Positions 12,231 through 24,900 of a stretch of 64,000 nt of DNA are shown in pieces. The stretch comes from the human T2T-CHM13v2.0 reference genome, Homo sapiens. A program made the position numbers and the translations under genes. The first letter of the stretch is position 1. The number at the start of each line of letters is the position of its first letter. The notes under the pieces are model-generated. The model ran no database searches. It was given only the letters and a program-made list of their open reading frames with translations, and was not told the origin of the DNA. The DNA lies in the NCBI RefSeq assembly GCF_009914755.1, contig NC_060937.1; one strand, given 5' to 3'.

Positions 12231-13275
12231 AGCTGTGCATGCGCACATGAACATGCATAGATATGTCCTCTATGTGGAATTCTGCCTTTTAAGTAGTTCT
12301 GAAAAAGAATTACAACAGGTTTACTTTTACATGGGATATTTGCATAGACACAGTCCTTTCCCACCCATATTTGAACAACCATATTTTTTCCTTATTCCTT
12401 CTTAGTCATTTCCTCCTCTTTTCCCTGATACTACCTTAAATACCCAGACATTTCCCTACATTGCCCATCTGCCCCCACAGGAGCCATTCTCCTCCCAGCA
12501 TGGCTCTGCAGGTTTCACAAGGGCAGAATCTGGATGACAGCCAATGGCCCAACAGCTGTTACTGATGAGCAGTGGTGGAGTCATCATTAGTTGGGAGGAC
12601 AAAATTGCTTTAGGGATGTCTTGTTGGGGACTGAGAAACAATGGCCGAGATGGCCAGCCTGGCCAGCCATCAGGAGGCTCTGTGCTTCCTTTCTCTTTGA
12701 GCAGATACCAGCCTTAAGCCAGCTGTATCTATAATGGGCTCAATTGCAAAATGCAGCAGACTCTTCAATTGCAGCTATGAAGTTGCAGGACACTGTACAG
12801 CAAGATTCAATTGCTTAAAAGTATGTATGCATTTATGATTTTACATGTACACAAAAATCCAGGAAGTAGCTACACCAAATTATTGACAGTGCTCTGGGAC
12901 AGGTACCAAGGCAGGTGCTGAAGAAAAAGGCCAATCCTGTGTCGTCTCAGGACTTTATGGTATAGAAGGGAAGATGATTACAAGACCCTGTGGTGATAAG
13001 GCCAGTATGGAGGGATGTGCAGGCTGCCAAGGGAGCATTCCTGTCTGCTAGCCCAGGGCTCTTCCTCTTTGTTCATGGCTGTGTGATATGTACACAGTAG
13101 CACTTTACAAAGGTTCAGTGGGCCAAGATTGCAGGAAAGACTAATTTCCAGGAGCACCATCTGGGTTCAGGAAGACCAATCTAGAGGCGACCATAAGAGT
13201 CCAAGGGTTGAGGAGGATCTAGTCTGGATGAGCTTGGTGTAAGAGAAAAGAAAAGGTTAGATTCATATATTTTAT

Positions 13276-13277
<2 letters not shown>

Positions 13278-13320
<43 letters not shown>
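13278..13320. repeat. (CA)n microsatellite, ~21 perfect units
   Basis: ACACAC run read directly. Confidence 0.98.
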
Positions 13321-13322
<2 letters not shown>

Positions 13323-13768
13323 ATTTTCTTACAAACATAAATTCCTTTGAATCACAAACTGTGAAGCCCAGAGTGATTTTATGGGGATGTAAAGCTTATG
13401 CAATTTTGGACTCCTTTATAAGAAAAATGAATTAAAAATATAAAAATTTGTTATAAAAATGAATATTGTGAATGAGAAAAATATTTAATCTGGCAAATAT
13501 CACAAACACCATAACAATTTAAAATATGACATTATTTTTATTAACTGCCTGAAATACTTCTGCAATACTTTTTTGGACATTTTTTGACTTCACATTTTAA
13601 AATCACTTTTTATAACAAGATTTTTATGGTATTATTTTCTATATAGATACTGGAAAGATAATTTAGTCTTTCCTCTAGCATTGTTAATCAAAATGTGTTT
13701 TTTGTTGTTTTTGTTATTTATAGGATGCATAAAAATTATAGCCTTACTGCTACAGAGTTGTACCTTAC

Positions 13769-14514
13769 TGTTAAGACTGAATATTTATGTCCCCTGCCCA
13801 AATTCACATGTTAAATCCTCATGCCCAGTGTGATCGTATTTGAAATTGGAGCTTTTGGAAAGTGATTAAGTCATGAGAGTGGAACCCTCATGAATGGAAT
13901 CAGTGACCTTATAAAAGAGGCCCCAGAGAGCTGTCTTGTCCCTTCTGCCATGTGAAGACACAGAGAGAAGTCAGCCATCCATGCACCAGGAGTGGGCCCC
14001 TATCAGACACTGTATTAGTTCATCCTCATGCTGCTATGAAGAAGTACCTGAGACTGGCTAATTTATAAACGAAAGAAATTTAATTGACACATAGTTCTGT
14101 ATGGCTGGAGAGGCCTCAGGAAACTTACAATCATGGAGGAAGAGGAAGCAAACACGTCCTTCTTCACACAGCAGCAGGAAGGAGAAGTGCAGAGCAAAGG
14201 GGGAAAAAACCCCTTATAAAACCATCAGATCACATGAGAATGCACTATCATGAGAACAGCATGGGGGGACCTCCCCCATGATCTAATCACCTCCTACAAG
14301 GTCCCTCCCTCAACACATGGAGATTATAATTTGAATTACAATTCAAGATGAGATTTGGGTGGGGACACAGAGCCAGACCATATCAGACACCAAATCTGCC
14401 AGCATCTTGATCTTGGACTTTCCAGCCTCCAGAACGATGAGAAATAAATTTCTGTTGTTTATAAGCCACTCAGTCTATGGTGTTCTGTTATAGCAGCCTT
14501 AACTGACTATGACA
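13769..14514 (+). mobile_element. MLT1A0-like MaLR solo LTR split by THE1
   Basis: GACTGAATATTTATGTCCCC...CCAGCCTCCAGAAC..GAGAAATAAATTTCTGTTGTTTATAAGCCAC...GACTATGACA; TSD CTTAC/CCTAC. Confidence 0.9.
14011..14385 (-). mobile_element. THE1 (THE1C/D-like) MaLR solo LTR nested in MLT1A0
   Basis: TGTATTAGTTCATCCTCATGCTGCTATGAAGAA...GGGGACACAGAGCCAGACCATATCA; perfect TSD GACAC at 14006-14010 and 14386-14390. Confidence 0.94.
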
Positions 14515-14971
14515 CCTACAAATACAGGAATTTTGATAAGTTCTTTTGTGCAATTCCTATCAATAAGGAAAAAAAAAGGTATGGTGAGTGGTTATTATAT
14601 TTGTTCCTTATTAAAGCATATTCCTGAAAAAAGATCTCTCTCTTGAGTTGATGTTTAGAATGAAATCCTCTACTTAAAATTTTACATGTCTGAAGACTAG
14701 AAAAATTTCAAAGACTAGTTTTAGCTTTTTAAAATCTTTATTATTCCACACTAGTCACAAACTGAGAATAGATTAGGACACATTCCCTGTTTTGTTAGAG
14801 CAAAGCAACTTTTGGTCTTGCTCCTTTGTGGCATGACATGGAATGATGAGTAGCACAGTGGATGTTAGGGGCATTCTTTCTACACAAGGAGAGTAACGGC
14901 TGCAAACCAAGTAAATGTACCCGCCAAATCCAAACTAAATATATCCTCCCCTGTTCAACCTCCCCTGAGTG

Positions 14972-15181
14972 CAGGGTCTCAAGTGTGACACTATTGACAT
15001 TTTGAACTGGGTAATTCTTTGTAGTGGGAGCCTGTTTTCTGCACTGTAAGGTGTTTAACAATATCCCTGGTCTCTAATCCCTAGATGTCAATAACATGCC
15101 CTTGGTGGTGACAAAGAAAAAGGTCTCCAGACATTGCCACATGTCTCCTGGGGGGAAATATCCCCCCATTGAGAACCACTA
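14972..15181 (-). mobile_element. MER20 hAT-Charlie DNA transposon
   Basis: CACTATTGACATTTTGAACTGGGTAATTCTTTG...TCTCCAGACATTGCCACATGTCTCCTGGGGGG...TTGAGAACCACT. Confidence 0.9.
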
Positions 15182-15930
15182 CCTTGGACATATCCCTCAA
15201 AATGCCTGTGGCCACTCCAACATAATCTATCAAGAGGGCACTATGACATTGCAGAGTTGCAGTGGAAAGATGACAGCAGTCTTTCTTCATTGCATTAAAA
15301 ATATTTTATATTTTACAATTCAGAAATTTCATAAAAATACGTCAACACATTGCTGGGTGCCTCCCAGGGCCTTGACAGAGGCCTGCGAAAGTGAAGGGTA
15401 AATATGCCTTTGGGGAAAAAACCTGTCAACACAATGACAATGGTGTGACATTTGTAGTCAGTGCCATGGTCCAGGACTGGGTAATTCTTGCCTTGAAAGA
15501 AACAAGTTTTCATGCATATCCATCATTTTGTTGAATGGGTCATCTGCATATTTAAAATCTTGACTCCATCCTCTCCCATGGTTTCCAGAGGGCCGAGTGT
15601 ACATGGTCATATTTTCTGTTCTGAGGTTCAAATAGCACATCCTTTTCTTTTTAGTTCAGCTGTGATAAGTTTGAGAGTTTCCAAATGAGTGTTTAATAAT
15701 AAAGTGAAGAAAATAAATAAACCCAGCACACACAAAGCATAGTGAAGTGTAATCAAGTATCTATGTAGAGGTTTATGATTATAACAATTAAGATGCAGCC
15801 ATGAATTGACTTAGCTGGCTCTGCTGAACCCCAATTACTTTCTGTTGTCTCAAGCCTATCTAGTGAAAGCCATCCCAAAATATCTCCTTTAGGCTTTAGA
15901 CAGTCCTAGCTTTCCTATTACTTTGGTCCT

Positions 15931-16196
15931 TTTCTTTTCTTTTCCTTTTTAAAAAATATGAGACAGGATCTCACTCTGTCATCCAAGCTGGAGTGCAGTG
16001 GTACAATCTTAGCTCACTCACTGTAACCTGGAACTCCTGGGCTCAAGTGATCCTCTTGCCTCAACCTCCTGAGTAGCTAGGACGACTACAGGCACTATAT
16101 TGACCAGACTGGTCTCAAACTCCTGGCCTCAAGCAATCTTCCTGCCTCAGTTTCCCAAAGCTCTGGGATTACTTGTTTGACCACCTGTGCCAGGCC
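15931..16196 (-). mobile_element. AluJ with an internal deletion removing the A-rich linker region
   Basis: GACTACAGGCAC joins directly to TATATTGACCAGACTGGTCTCAAACTCC. Confidence 0.9.
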
Positions 16197-16630
16197 TCCT
16201 TTGTTCCCTTTCTTATGAGCAAGGGTGAAACTTTCTAAAAATAAATTTATTTCTTATTTTTAAAGTTATCTCTTACAGGAAGAAAAGGGTCCAACTTTCA
16301 CTGAATTCTAAGCCTAGTTAGAAAAAAAGTATAAATTGGTTTATGGGTCTAGATTTCTTTCTTGCTCTCCTTGTGAGAACAAAAATGCTTACTCTGATAA
16401 CTGCTCATAGCACTAACATAGGATAGTGCAAACCCAGTGGAAAATTCCTTCCTCTTCTGAAGGGGAATGTTATCCATTTTCATTTTGTGTTATTCCTTAT
16501 TCCTGAAAAATGCCTCCTCCACATCTCCGTCTACATTACCCTCATCCTCATCACCAAGGTTCAAAAAGCAGACACTATGGAATGTCTCTCATGAGTGAAC
16601 TTAGCAGGTCCTGAGCTCACACGCAATTGG

Positions 16631-16738
16631 TTCATTCAGCAAAAATGTATTGAGTGTATACTATGTAATAGGCCCTAGAAATATACCTGTGAAAAAAACT
16701 GACAAATTTCCCTCCCTTCATGGGTTTTATATTATAGT
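16631..16738 (-). mobile_element. L2 3' end fragment
   Basis: TTCATTCAGCAAAAATGTATTGAGTGTATACTATGTAATAGGC. Confidence 0.65.
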
Positions 16739-17174
16739 TGATTTATGTAATATTTATTAAGGTGAATTTATAAGAATATCTTATAATAATTTTAAGTGTC
16801 TTTGTGTTTTACACCACATAATAATTTTTTTGTTTGGGAGCATAAACTGTTCCCTACATAATTTCTGAATACAGGAGGCACTGAATCAGTCCTCGTAAAT
16901 CTCTGTAAGTTCTTTCTTCTCTATTTTAGCCAGTCTGCATTGGAGACAATTATCCTTTTCTTCTTGAGATGGAGCTCATCTTTGCTCAAGAGGTCTTCAT
17001 CCTCAAAGATCATACCATCTCTAAGGAATTTTAAGTGTTCTGTGGGATACTACTGAAGAGACACATGTTCATTTCCACAATGCACCTGTTCTTATGGTGG
17101 CCTTCCTTTCCACTCAACTCAGTCAAGAGCACTACCTAAGCACTATCCTTCTCTGCTCCTTCAGAATAGCAAAA

Positions 17175-17395
17175 ATAGCTTGTATATACTAAGGGCTTAT
17201 CAAGAGCCCCAAAATGTCCTGTACATTTTTATATGCATTATCTTGTTTCATCCATACAGCAGTCCTGTAAAGTAGGCAGAAGGGAAAACTGAGGCTTAGA
17301 GAGATGAAGGCACTTGCCCAAGGCCACCCAGTTAGGAAATAATAGAGCCAAGATGCAAGCCCAGCAATCTAACTCCAGAATCTAGAGGCTTGACT
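17175..17395 (-). mobile_element. MIR (MIRb-like)
   Basis: GAAAACTGAGGCTTAGAGAGATGAAGGCACTTGCCCAAGGCCACCCAG core. Confidence 0.85.
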
Positions 17396-18679
17396 TTCAT
17401 TATGAACACTGTTTTGTGTAGAACTTCTGTGTGAGTTGAGTTCGTGTGAATGCAAAGCAGGTTCTGGTCATGGGACTAGAAAGGCCTTGATAAATTCTCT
17501 TTTACTGCATGACAGGCAGCAGCACCTCAGTGGGATGACTTCAACACAAACTGCCCAATGGCAGTGCCATGATGAAATATGATAGAGAATAATGTACCAT
17601 AAAATTTTTAAACTGGAGAGAATCTGTTAGGCCATCTATATTACATATATAATACACATATGTGTATATGAGACATGCAGATATACATGTATGTGTGTAT
17701 GTAAATATGTATTCAATAGTATCAGAGATTCTTAATTCAAGAATATACTTGACTAGATATAAATAGCATTCTTTGAAGGTGACATCTTCCTGATAAGACA
17801 CTTAAAAGATGTTCTCAATTTTGTATATTCGGAATCTTCTGGAGATTTGTGCATGTATGTATAAGTGCGTGCACACTTCCATAAGACTAATTCTTTTTCT
17901 TGCTACTCGTGGTACCGTCCTTATAAACCTATGATTCACAACAGGAATGTAGCTTGGAACTCCTGCTATGTAAGCAGCTGCAGATACTTCAAATACCAGT
18001 GTACATGTGATCCAGGAGTTGCTATAAATTTGCCCCTAAAAATAAAGTAACAAGTGACTGAGCAGCAATAGGAATTAATCACTGCAGTGCGTGAATGGAA
18101 TGTGCTAGGCTCTACCTCAAAATCCTTTTATAAAAAGACTGATATAATTAAAACCCCAAAGAAATATCCAAGGATGCTATATTTGAGAAAATGTGCTGTG
18201 AAAGTTTGGAAAAGTGATTTTTTTAAAAGGGAAGACATGGTAGAAAAGTGTTTCCATAACTTCTATATCATTGGAAATAGGATTATATTATTACATCACT
18301 GAAGAATTTATCATACAAAGGAATTTAAATTGGATTCAATCTTGGTACACTGAAATTTTTTGAAGGCCGAGGGGATAATCGAGCCTCTCAATTAAGCTGT
18401 TTGCCATGAAGGGAAATAACTTCACAGTTAAAATATCCACCACAATTTGTAGCAAAGATTACTTTGGTGATTCAGACATGTGAATAACCATGTGAAAAGA
18501 TCAGACATCTGAAGCTTTCAAAATTAAATGTGAACTATTGAATTTGTTAAAAAGCAAAAAACCAACCAAAGAAAAAAAAGAATATGACTTCTTGGAACCT
18601 GTTTTTCTATGACTATAGACGTATTCAGCATCCAAATCCAACAGCCCCCCTGTTCCTCTATCACTCTCACATGCCCTCC

Positions 18680-18807
18680 AAAAGGAGAAGGAAAAGAGAG
18701 AAAAGGAAGGGAGGAAGGAAGGAAGGAAGGAAGAGAGGGAGGGAGGGAGGAAGGGAGGGAAGGAGGGAGGGAAAGAAAACACTAACCAGAAGAAAAAGAA
18801 GAAAAAT
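18680..18807. repeat. Polypurine low-complexity tract, (GGAA)n/(GGGA)n
   Basis: Nearly pure purine strand, five consecutive GGAA at 18713-18732, then GGGA repeats. Confidence 0.95.
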
Positions 18808-19738
18808 CCCCACTAACCAGCTCTTCTTAAAAGGTCATTAAACAGATGGCCCAGAAAGGCCTCTCTGACTCTAAGCACATCACAGGTAACAAAGTGTTTT
18901 AGTTGTTTGAAAGATAATTTGATGGAAGATCAATTTTTGGACATAGAGAAAGTGAAAGAGATTTCTTAAACCCACTTGAATTACTGAAGATGAAAGGTTA
19001 AAAGCTTTAAAAACCAAAAACTACATTAGCAACTGAACAGTAAATACCATCAACAGAGACACAAAATAATTTAGCAAAACAAATATTAAATGAAGACAAG
19101 AAAAAAGAATTCATTTCAGAAGCCAAAAACTTCCTTTTCTTTGTATTTCAAAATTGATTTTGCAGTTTTAGACAGAAGTACTAATGGGTAATTTCTATTT
19201 AATGCTTTCTAAACACATGCACAAAAAAATCACTCTCAGCTCCAAAAGGTCACAGAGATCAAAGCAGGTAGACTTTCTTGGACAGTTTTGCCACCACTCT
19301 ACACTGTATTAGGAGCTGTGAGTGTTTCTACAGTGAAAGATGATATGATCTGCAGCTTCTTAACCTTACGTGAATTAGGCTTAAAACCACACACTAAAAG
19401 CCGGTTTCTGTGGCATTTTGTTTCTAGAATAGTTGTGTTTCAGGGAAGAACCACTAGGGTGTTGCGAGGCCCAGGTGGTTATATCTTTTTAATCTAACAG
19501 TAAGAGGACATTTTCAGGTAGGTGACAAATATTTATTTTAATATTAAATCTTAAAAAAGTTAATCATTATTTTTAGATGCAATAATGCATTTTCCTGCCT
19601 TCTTTAAGAGGAGAATAAACATAGTTTAACCTCTTTAAGGATTCAAGGTTCTCATTATAAACTTAATTTGTTACTGTTATAACATGATCTTGCCATGGAT
19701 GAAGTGTGTTTTCCCTTACATTAAAAATCATTCAACTG

Positions 19739-22620
19739 ATCCAGACAAAGATACTACAAGAAAAGAAAACTTTAAAACAATATCTTTGATGAATATTGAT
19801 GCAAAAATCCTCAGCAAAATATGAGGAAACTGAATTCAACAGCACATTAAAAGGATTATACACCATAACCAATTGGGATTTATCCTGGGATACAAGAATG
19901 GCTCAGCATACCAAAATCTGTCAATGGAATACACCACATTAACATAACAATGGACAAAAACCACATGATCATCTAAGTTGATGAAGAAAAGCATGTGACA
20001 AAACTCAATGCCCTATCATAATAAAAACACTCCACAAATTAAGAATAGAAGGAAATTACCTCAACATAATAAAGGTCACATAGGAAAAGCCCACAGGTAA
20101 CATCATACTCAATGGTGAAAAACTGAAGGCTTTTCCTTTAAGCTCAGGAACAAGACAAGAATGCCCACTCTTGCCACTTGTACTAAACATACTACTGGAG
20201 TCCTAGCTAGAGTAATTAGATAAGAAAGGGAAACAAAAATCATCTCAATCCAAAATGATGGAGCAATAGTGTCTCTGTTCACAGATGACATGATCTTATA
20301 TACAGACAATCTTAAAGATTCTACAAAAAATTAGAACTAATAAACAAATTTAGCAATGTTGCAGTATACAAAATCAACACTCAAAGTCAGATGCGTTTTT
20401 ATACACTAATAATGAACAATGCAAAAGGAAATTTTAAAAAATCAAATTTACAATAGCATCAAAAAGAACAAAGTGCTTAGTAATAAACTTAACCAAGGAG
20501 GCTGATATGGTTTGGATGTTTGTCCCCTTCAAATCTCATGTTGAAATGTGACCCCCAATGTTGGTGCTGCGGCCTAGTAGGAGGTGTTGGATCATGGGGG
20601 TGGATCCCTCATGAATGGCTTGTTGCGCTCCCCATGGTAATGAGTGGTAACAAATTCATGCCAAATCTGGTTATTTAAATGAGTATGGCACCTCCCCCAC
20701 CCCCTTGTGCCCTCTCTCACCATATAACACGTCTGTTCTCCCATCACCTTCCACCATGAGTAAAATCTTCCTAATGTCTCACCAGAAGCCAAGCAGATGC
20801 AGTTGCCATGTTTGTATAGCCTGCAGAACCATGTGCCAATAAGCCTCTTTTATTCATAAATTAGTTTAAGGAATTTCATTATAGCAATGCAAAATGGACT
20901 AACACAGAGGCAAAAGATTTGTACACTGAAAACAAAACATTGGTGAAAGAAATTAAAGACACAAATAAATGGAAAGACATCCTGTGTTCATGGATTGGAA
21001 GACATAATATTATTAAAATATCCATACTATCCAAAGTAATACATAGATTTATTGCAACACCTATCATAATCCCAATGACTTTTTTTTTGCAGAAATAGAA
21101 AAAAATTCTAAAATTTACAGGGAATCTCAAAGGATTTCAAACAGCAAAAACAATCTTCAGAAAGAAGTAAGCTGAAGGCCTTACATATCCTGACTTTGAA
21201 ACATATCACAAAGCTACAGTAATCAAAATAGTATAGTACTGACATAAAGGCATATAGACCAATGGAACAAAATAGAAAGCCTAGAAATAAATCCTTGCAT
21301 ATATGGCCAAATGATCTTCAACAAGGATGTCAAGACTTACACAATGGAGAAATGATATTCTCTTCAACAATTGGTGTTGGAGAAACTGGAAACCCACACA
21401 GAAAAGCAGAAAGATGGATCCTTATCTTACATCATATGCAAAAAATAACTCAAAATAGATTAAAGAACTAAACATAAGACCTGAAATTATAAAACTCTTA
21501 AGAAGAAAACACAGGGGAAAATGTTCAAGACGTTAGAATGGGCAATAATACCGCAAAGAAAACACCAAATGCACAGGCAACAAAAGCAAAAATAGACAAA
21601 TGAAACTACATCAACTGTGCAACAAAGGAAACAATCAACAGAGTGAAAAGGCAATTTGTGGAACAGAAGAAAATATTTGCAAGCCACATATCAGATAAAG
21701 GGTTATCCAATATATAGAATTTATAAAGAACTACTACCATTCAAAAACAGATAAAAAATACTTGATTAAAAATGGGCAAAGGACTTGAACAGATCTTTCT
21801 CCAAAGAAGGTATAAAAATGGCCAATAAGCATATGAAAAGACGTTCAACATAACTAATTATCAGGGAAATGCAAATAAAAATTACAATGAGATATCACCT
21901 CACACCCATTAGGCTAGCCTACACTATCAAAGAAACAGAAAATAACAAATGTTGGTGAGGATGTGGAGAAATTGGAATCCTTATGCATTGCCGATAGGAT
22001 TGTAAAATAGTGTAGCCCCTATAGAAAACAGTATGACAATTCCTCAAAAAATTAAAAATAGAACTACCACATGGTCCAGCAATATATAATTCTGGGTATA
22101 CATCTGAAAGAATTAAAAATAGTATCTTGAAGAGATATTTGCACACCCATGTTTATTGCAGCATTATTCACAATAGGAAAAATGTGGAAGAAACCTAAAT
22201 ATTCATCAACAGATGAATGGATAAAGCAAATAGTCATATGCATACAATGGAATATTACTTACCTTTAAAAAAGAAGGAAATCCTGACATATGCTACAGCA
22301 TAGTTGAATCTTGAGGACATTACAGTAAGTGAAATAAACAAATCGCAAAAAGACAAACACTGCATGGTTCTGCTTATATGAGGTATCTAAAGTAACCAAA
22401 CACATAAAAACAGAAAGTAGAATGGTGATTGTCAGGGGCTGGGGAAAACAGGAAATGGGAAGTTGTTCAATGAGTATAGAGTTTCAGTAATGCAAGATGA
22501 AAAAGTTCTAGAGATCTGTTGTAAAACAATGTGCATATAGTTATAACAATACTGTACTGTACACTTAAAATTTTTTATGAGGGTAAATTTATGTTACTTT
22601 TTTGTCACAATTTTTAAAAA
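19739..22620 (+). mobile_element. 5'-truncated L1 (L1MB-like), decayed ORF2 and 3' UTR, interrupted by an MST LTR
   Basis: ORF2 hallmarks (GATGCAAAAATCCTC, TTCACAGATGACATGATC, TGTTCATGGATTGGAAGAC) with stops and frameshifts; L1MB-type 3' end; residual TSD TTCAACTG at 19731-19738 and 22622-22629. Confidence 0.93.
20503..20906 (+). mobile_element. MST (MSTB-like) MaLR solo LTR nested in L1
   Basis: TGATATGGTTTGGATGTTTGTCCCC...ATAGCAATGCAAAATGGACTAACACA; perfect TSD GAGGC at 20498-20502 and 20907-20911. Confidence 0.94.
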
Positions 22621-23429
22621 GTTCAACTGTTTTATTTTTACCACCCTTCTAGCTTTTACGTATAATTTATGTTTCTCTTTGGTGCTGTCAGTTATTACTT
22701 CTTATGTCTGAATGTTGTAGGTATGTGTGGGTTTTTTTTTAATCTAGTAAACCATTCCTTCAACTTGTAGGTATGTCTAGTTTCTAATCCTCTGTCTTAA
22801 TTAATAAATAATGTTTGGGGTGAACATCTGATATCCATGGGCTTTGTGTAAAGCTGCTTGCATCTTAGAGGCCTATTTTTCTGCTTGTTTTTCAGAAATA
22901 TGTTTCTGAGGATTGGGATTGCCAGATATTTGACTTTGACATACTAAGCTGGATATTATTGAGCCTTTGCACTTTTCTAGGAAAGTGTTGGACAGCCAGG
23001 TAGTCAGACAACTGGGGACTAGCTTTGAGTCATGGAAATTCACGTCATCCTGTTTAAGAAGACCTCGACATGTGGCCTAAACAAATATAACACCCTCAAT
23101 TCAAAATGGTCATGTCACTGCACAGACACCTCAGTCTTTCATTTCTGGGCTGGAGCTACTTGAGATACATACTTTAAATGGATGTTGTTAAGCCCACCAT
23201 GTTTGGATGGCGGTGATGTCACTTCCTCCATGGTAGAAGCTACATCTTGCAAGACGACTTCTTCCATTTCTAAGCTGATTGAACTTGAGTTTTAGCTTTA
23301 TCGTTACTTTTTGTTTTCGTTTTGTTTTATAGAGAAGAGATCCTTACATGCTACTTTTTGTTTTTGTTTTCATTTTTTTTTTTTTAAATAGAGGTCTTTA
23401 CATGTTCTTTTGGAGGCAGAACACACTTT

Positions 23430-23815
23430 AATTTTACGTGGTTTATAAAAAGATCATAGATATATAGGGGAAAAAACTACACAAAGTCTATACAGTGAAA
23501 AGTAAGTCTCCCTTTCATCTCTATTTCTCAGCCCTCATGTCTTCCTCATCAGACTCAATTTTTGTTTTGACAATCTTTTATATGCTTCCAGAGATATATA
23601 ACTTTAAAAAAAAACCACAAATGAGAAAATTCACTAAAACTGTTCTATACTTTGGTTTGTTCACTAAATAATATATATTTATCTCATATTTGGATATATC
23701 TCATCATTTTTGATGTCACCTAAATAATACACTTAGTAGATAAATGAAATTAATTTAATTAGTTCTTTTTAATGGATGTTAAGATTGTTTTCATATTTTT
23801 ACTATTATGAACTCT
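23430..23815 (-). mobile_element. Old L1ME-type 3' region fragment
   Basis: TGGATGTTAAGATTGTTTTCATATTTTTACTATTATGAA resembles antisense L1ME; very diverged. Confidence 0.5.
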
Positions 23816-24263
23816 AGAAATGCAATAAAAAAGAAATCCCATTTACAACTCCAACACATAAAGCAGGTAATGCAAGTAGTGTGTCAGCATATCATAAATC
23901 TAAGTCAGATAAATTAAAACCATTCAATCGTAGAAGCTAAAATTTTCTATATTAAGATGTTTATGCACCACTATGACACAGAGATGAGCACAGAGGCTGA
24001 TGGGTGACAACTGTGACACCTGTCTAGCACGATTGATCCAGGAACACAACACAAATGGGAATCTGAAAAAAAGAACAGTGGAGTCCATTATACATGTACA
24101 AGTTGAAATACATGTAGAAAAATGTCAGGAAAAGCTTTTTTGCAAGTTTACGCAGGATACGTTAACAGGTTGGAGATATGTAATGTGTCAAAATTTAGCA
24201 TTTTAAAGCTGTAAATTGATTTTTATTGCAGTTTGAAAAAATTTAAAAGAAATTCAATTTTAG

Positions 24264-24900
24264 AATGAAATCTCATTTCTCACTTCTCAGATTGACAAAT
24301 ATGAAAAAAGTTGATAATGAAAAAATAATCCAAGGTTTGGCAAGGATGTGGGGAAATAAGCATTAATGTGTATTTTTTTTATGGGAACATACATTTGTAG
24401 AAATTTGGTAGAAACGTTTAGCAGTTTTCATGAAAAATTAAAATACATATATCTTTTTTTCCACCAGTGACATGTCATGGGACTTTCCCCATATGTACAA
24501 AAGAATATTTGTAAAGTGACTTTTTATTGTAGCACTGTATATATTAACAAGAATTAGAAGCCATCTAACTGTCCAAAACTATGGGATTAATTAAATAATT
24601 TGCAGTCTGCATATACTTCAGTTTGTAGCTGATTAAAAGAATGAATATATTTGTATATACTAATTGGAAAGGTTTTCAACATATTCTACGAAGTGAACAC
24701 AGCAAGGTAGGAAACTGTGTATAAAATTCTCATTTCTTGTGTGAGAGATAAAAAAATTGCTCATCTGTATGAAAAATTTCACAACAAACTATTGATAAAA
24801 TTTCCTTGTGGGAAGTGGGTTGGGGGATCTGAGGCAGAAGAGACACGTTTTTTTTTAACCTTTTTGTGAATTTTCTTCATATTCATAAATACATATTTCA
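24264..24900 (+). mobile_element. Old L1ME-type ORF2 end and 3' UTR fragment
   Basis: TCAGATTGACAAATATGAAAAAAGTTGATAAT...GGCAAGGATGTGGGGAAATAAGCA...TTTATTGTAGCACTGT...CCATCTAACTGTCCA. Confidence 0.65.

Larger units (their letters stand above)
13369..15411. mobile_element. Arthur1/MER69-like hAT-Tip100 DNA transposon relic hosting MLT1A0, THE1 and MER20
   Basis: Left part AAGCTTATGCAATTTTGG...AATTTAGTCTTTCCTCTAGCAT; right part CAAAATGCCTGTGGCCACTCCAAC...ACACATTGCTGGGTGCCTCCCAGGGCCTTG...GGTAAATATGCCT. Confidence 0.7.

Noticed and set aside
18501-18841. Arg/Glu/Gly-rich and Pro/Ser/Phe-rich ORFs
   Set aside because: Translations of the GGAA/GGGA simple repeat.
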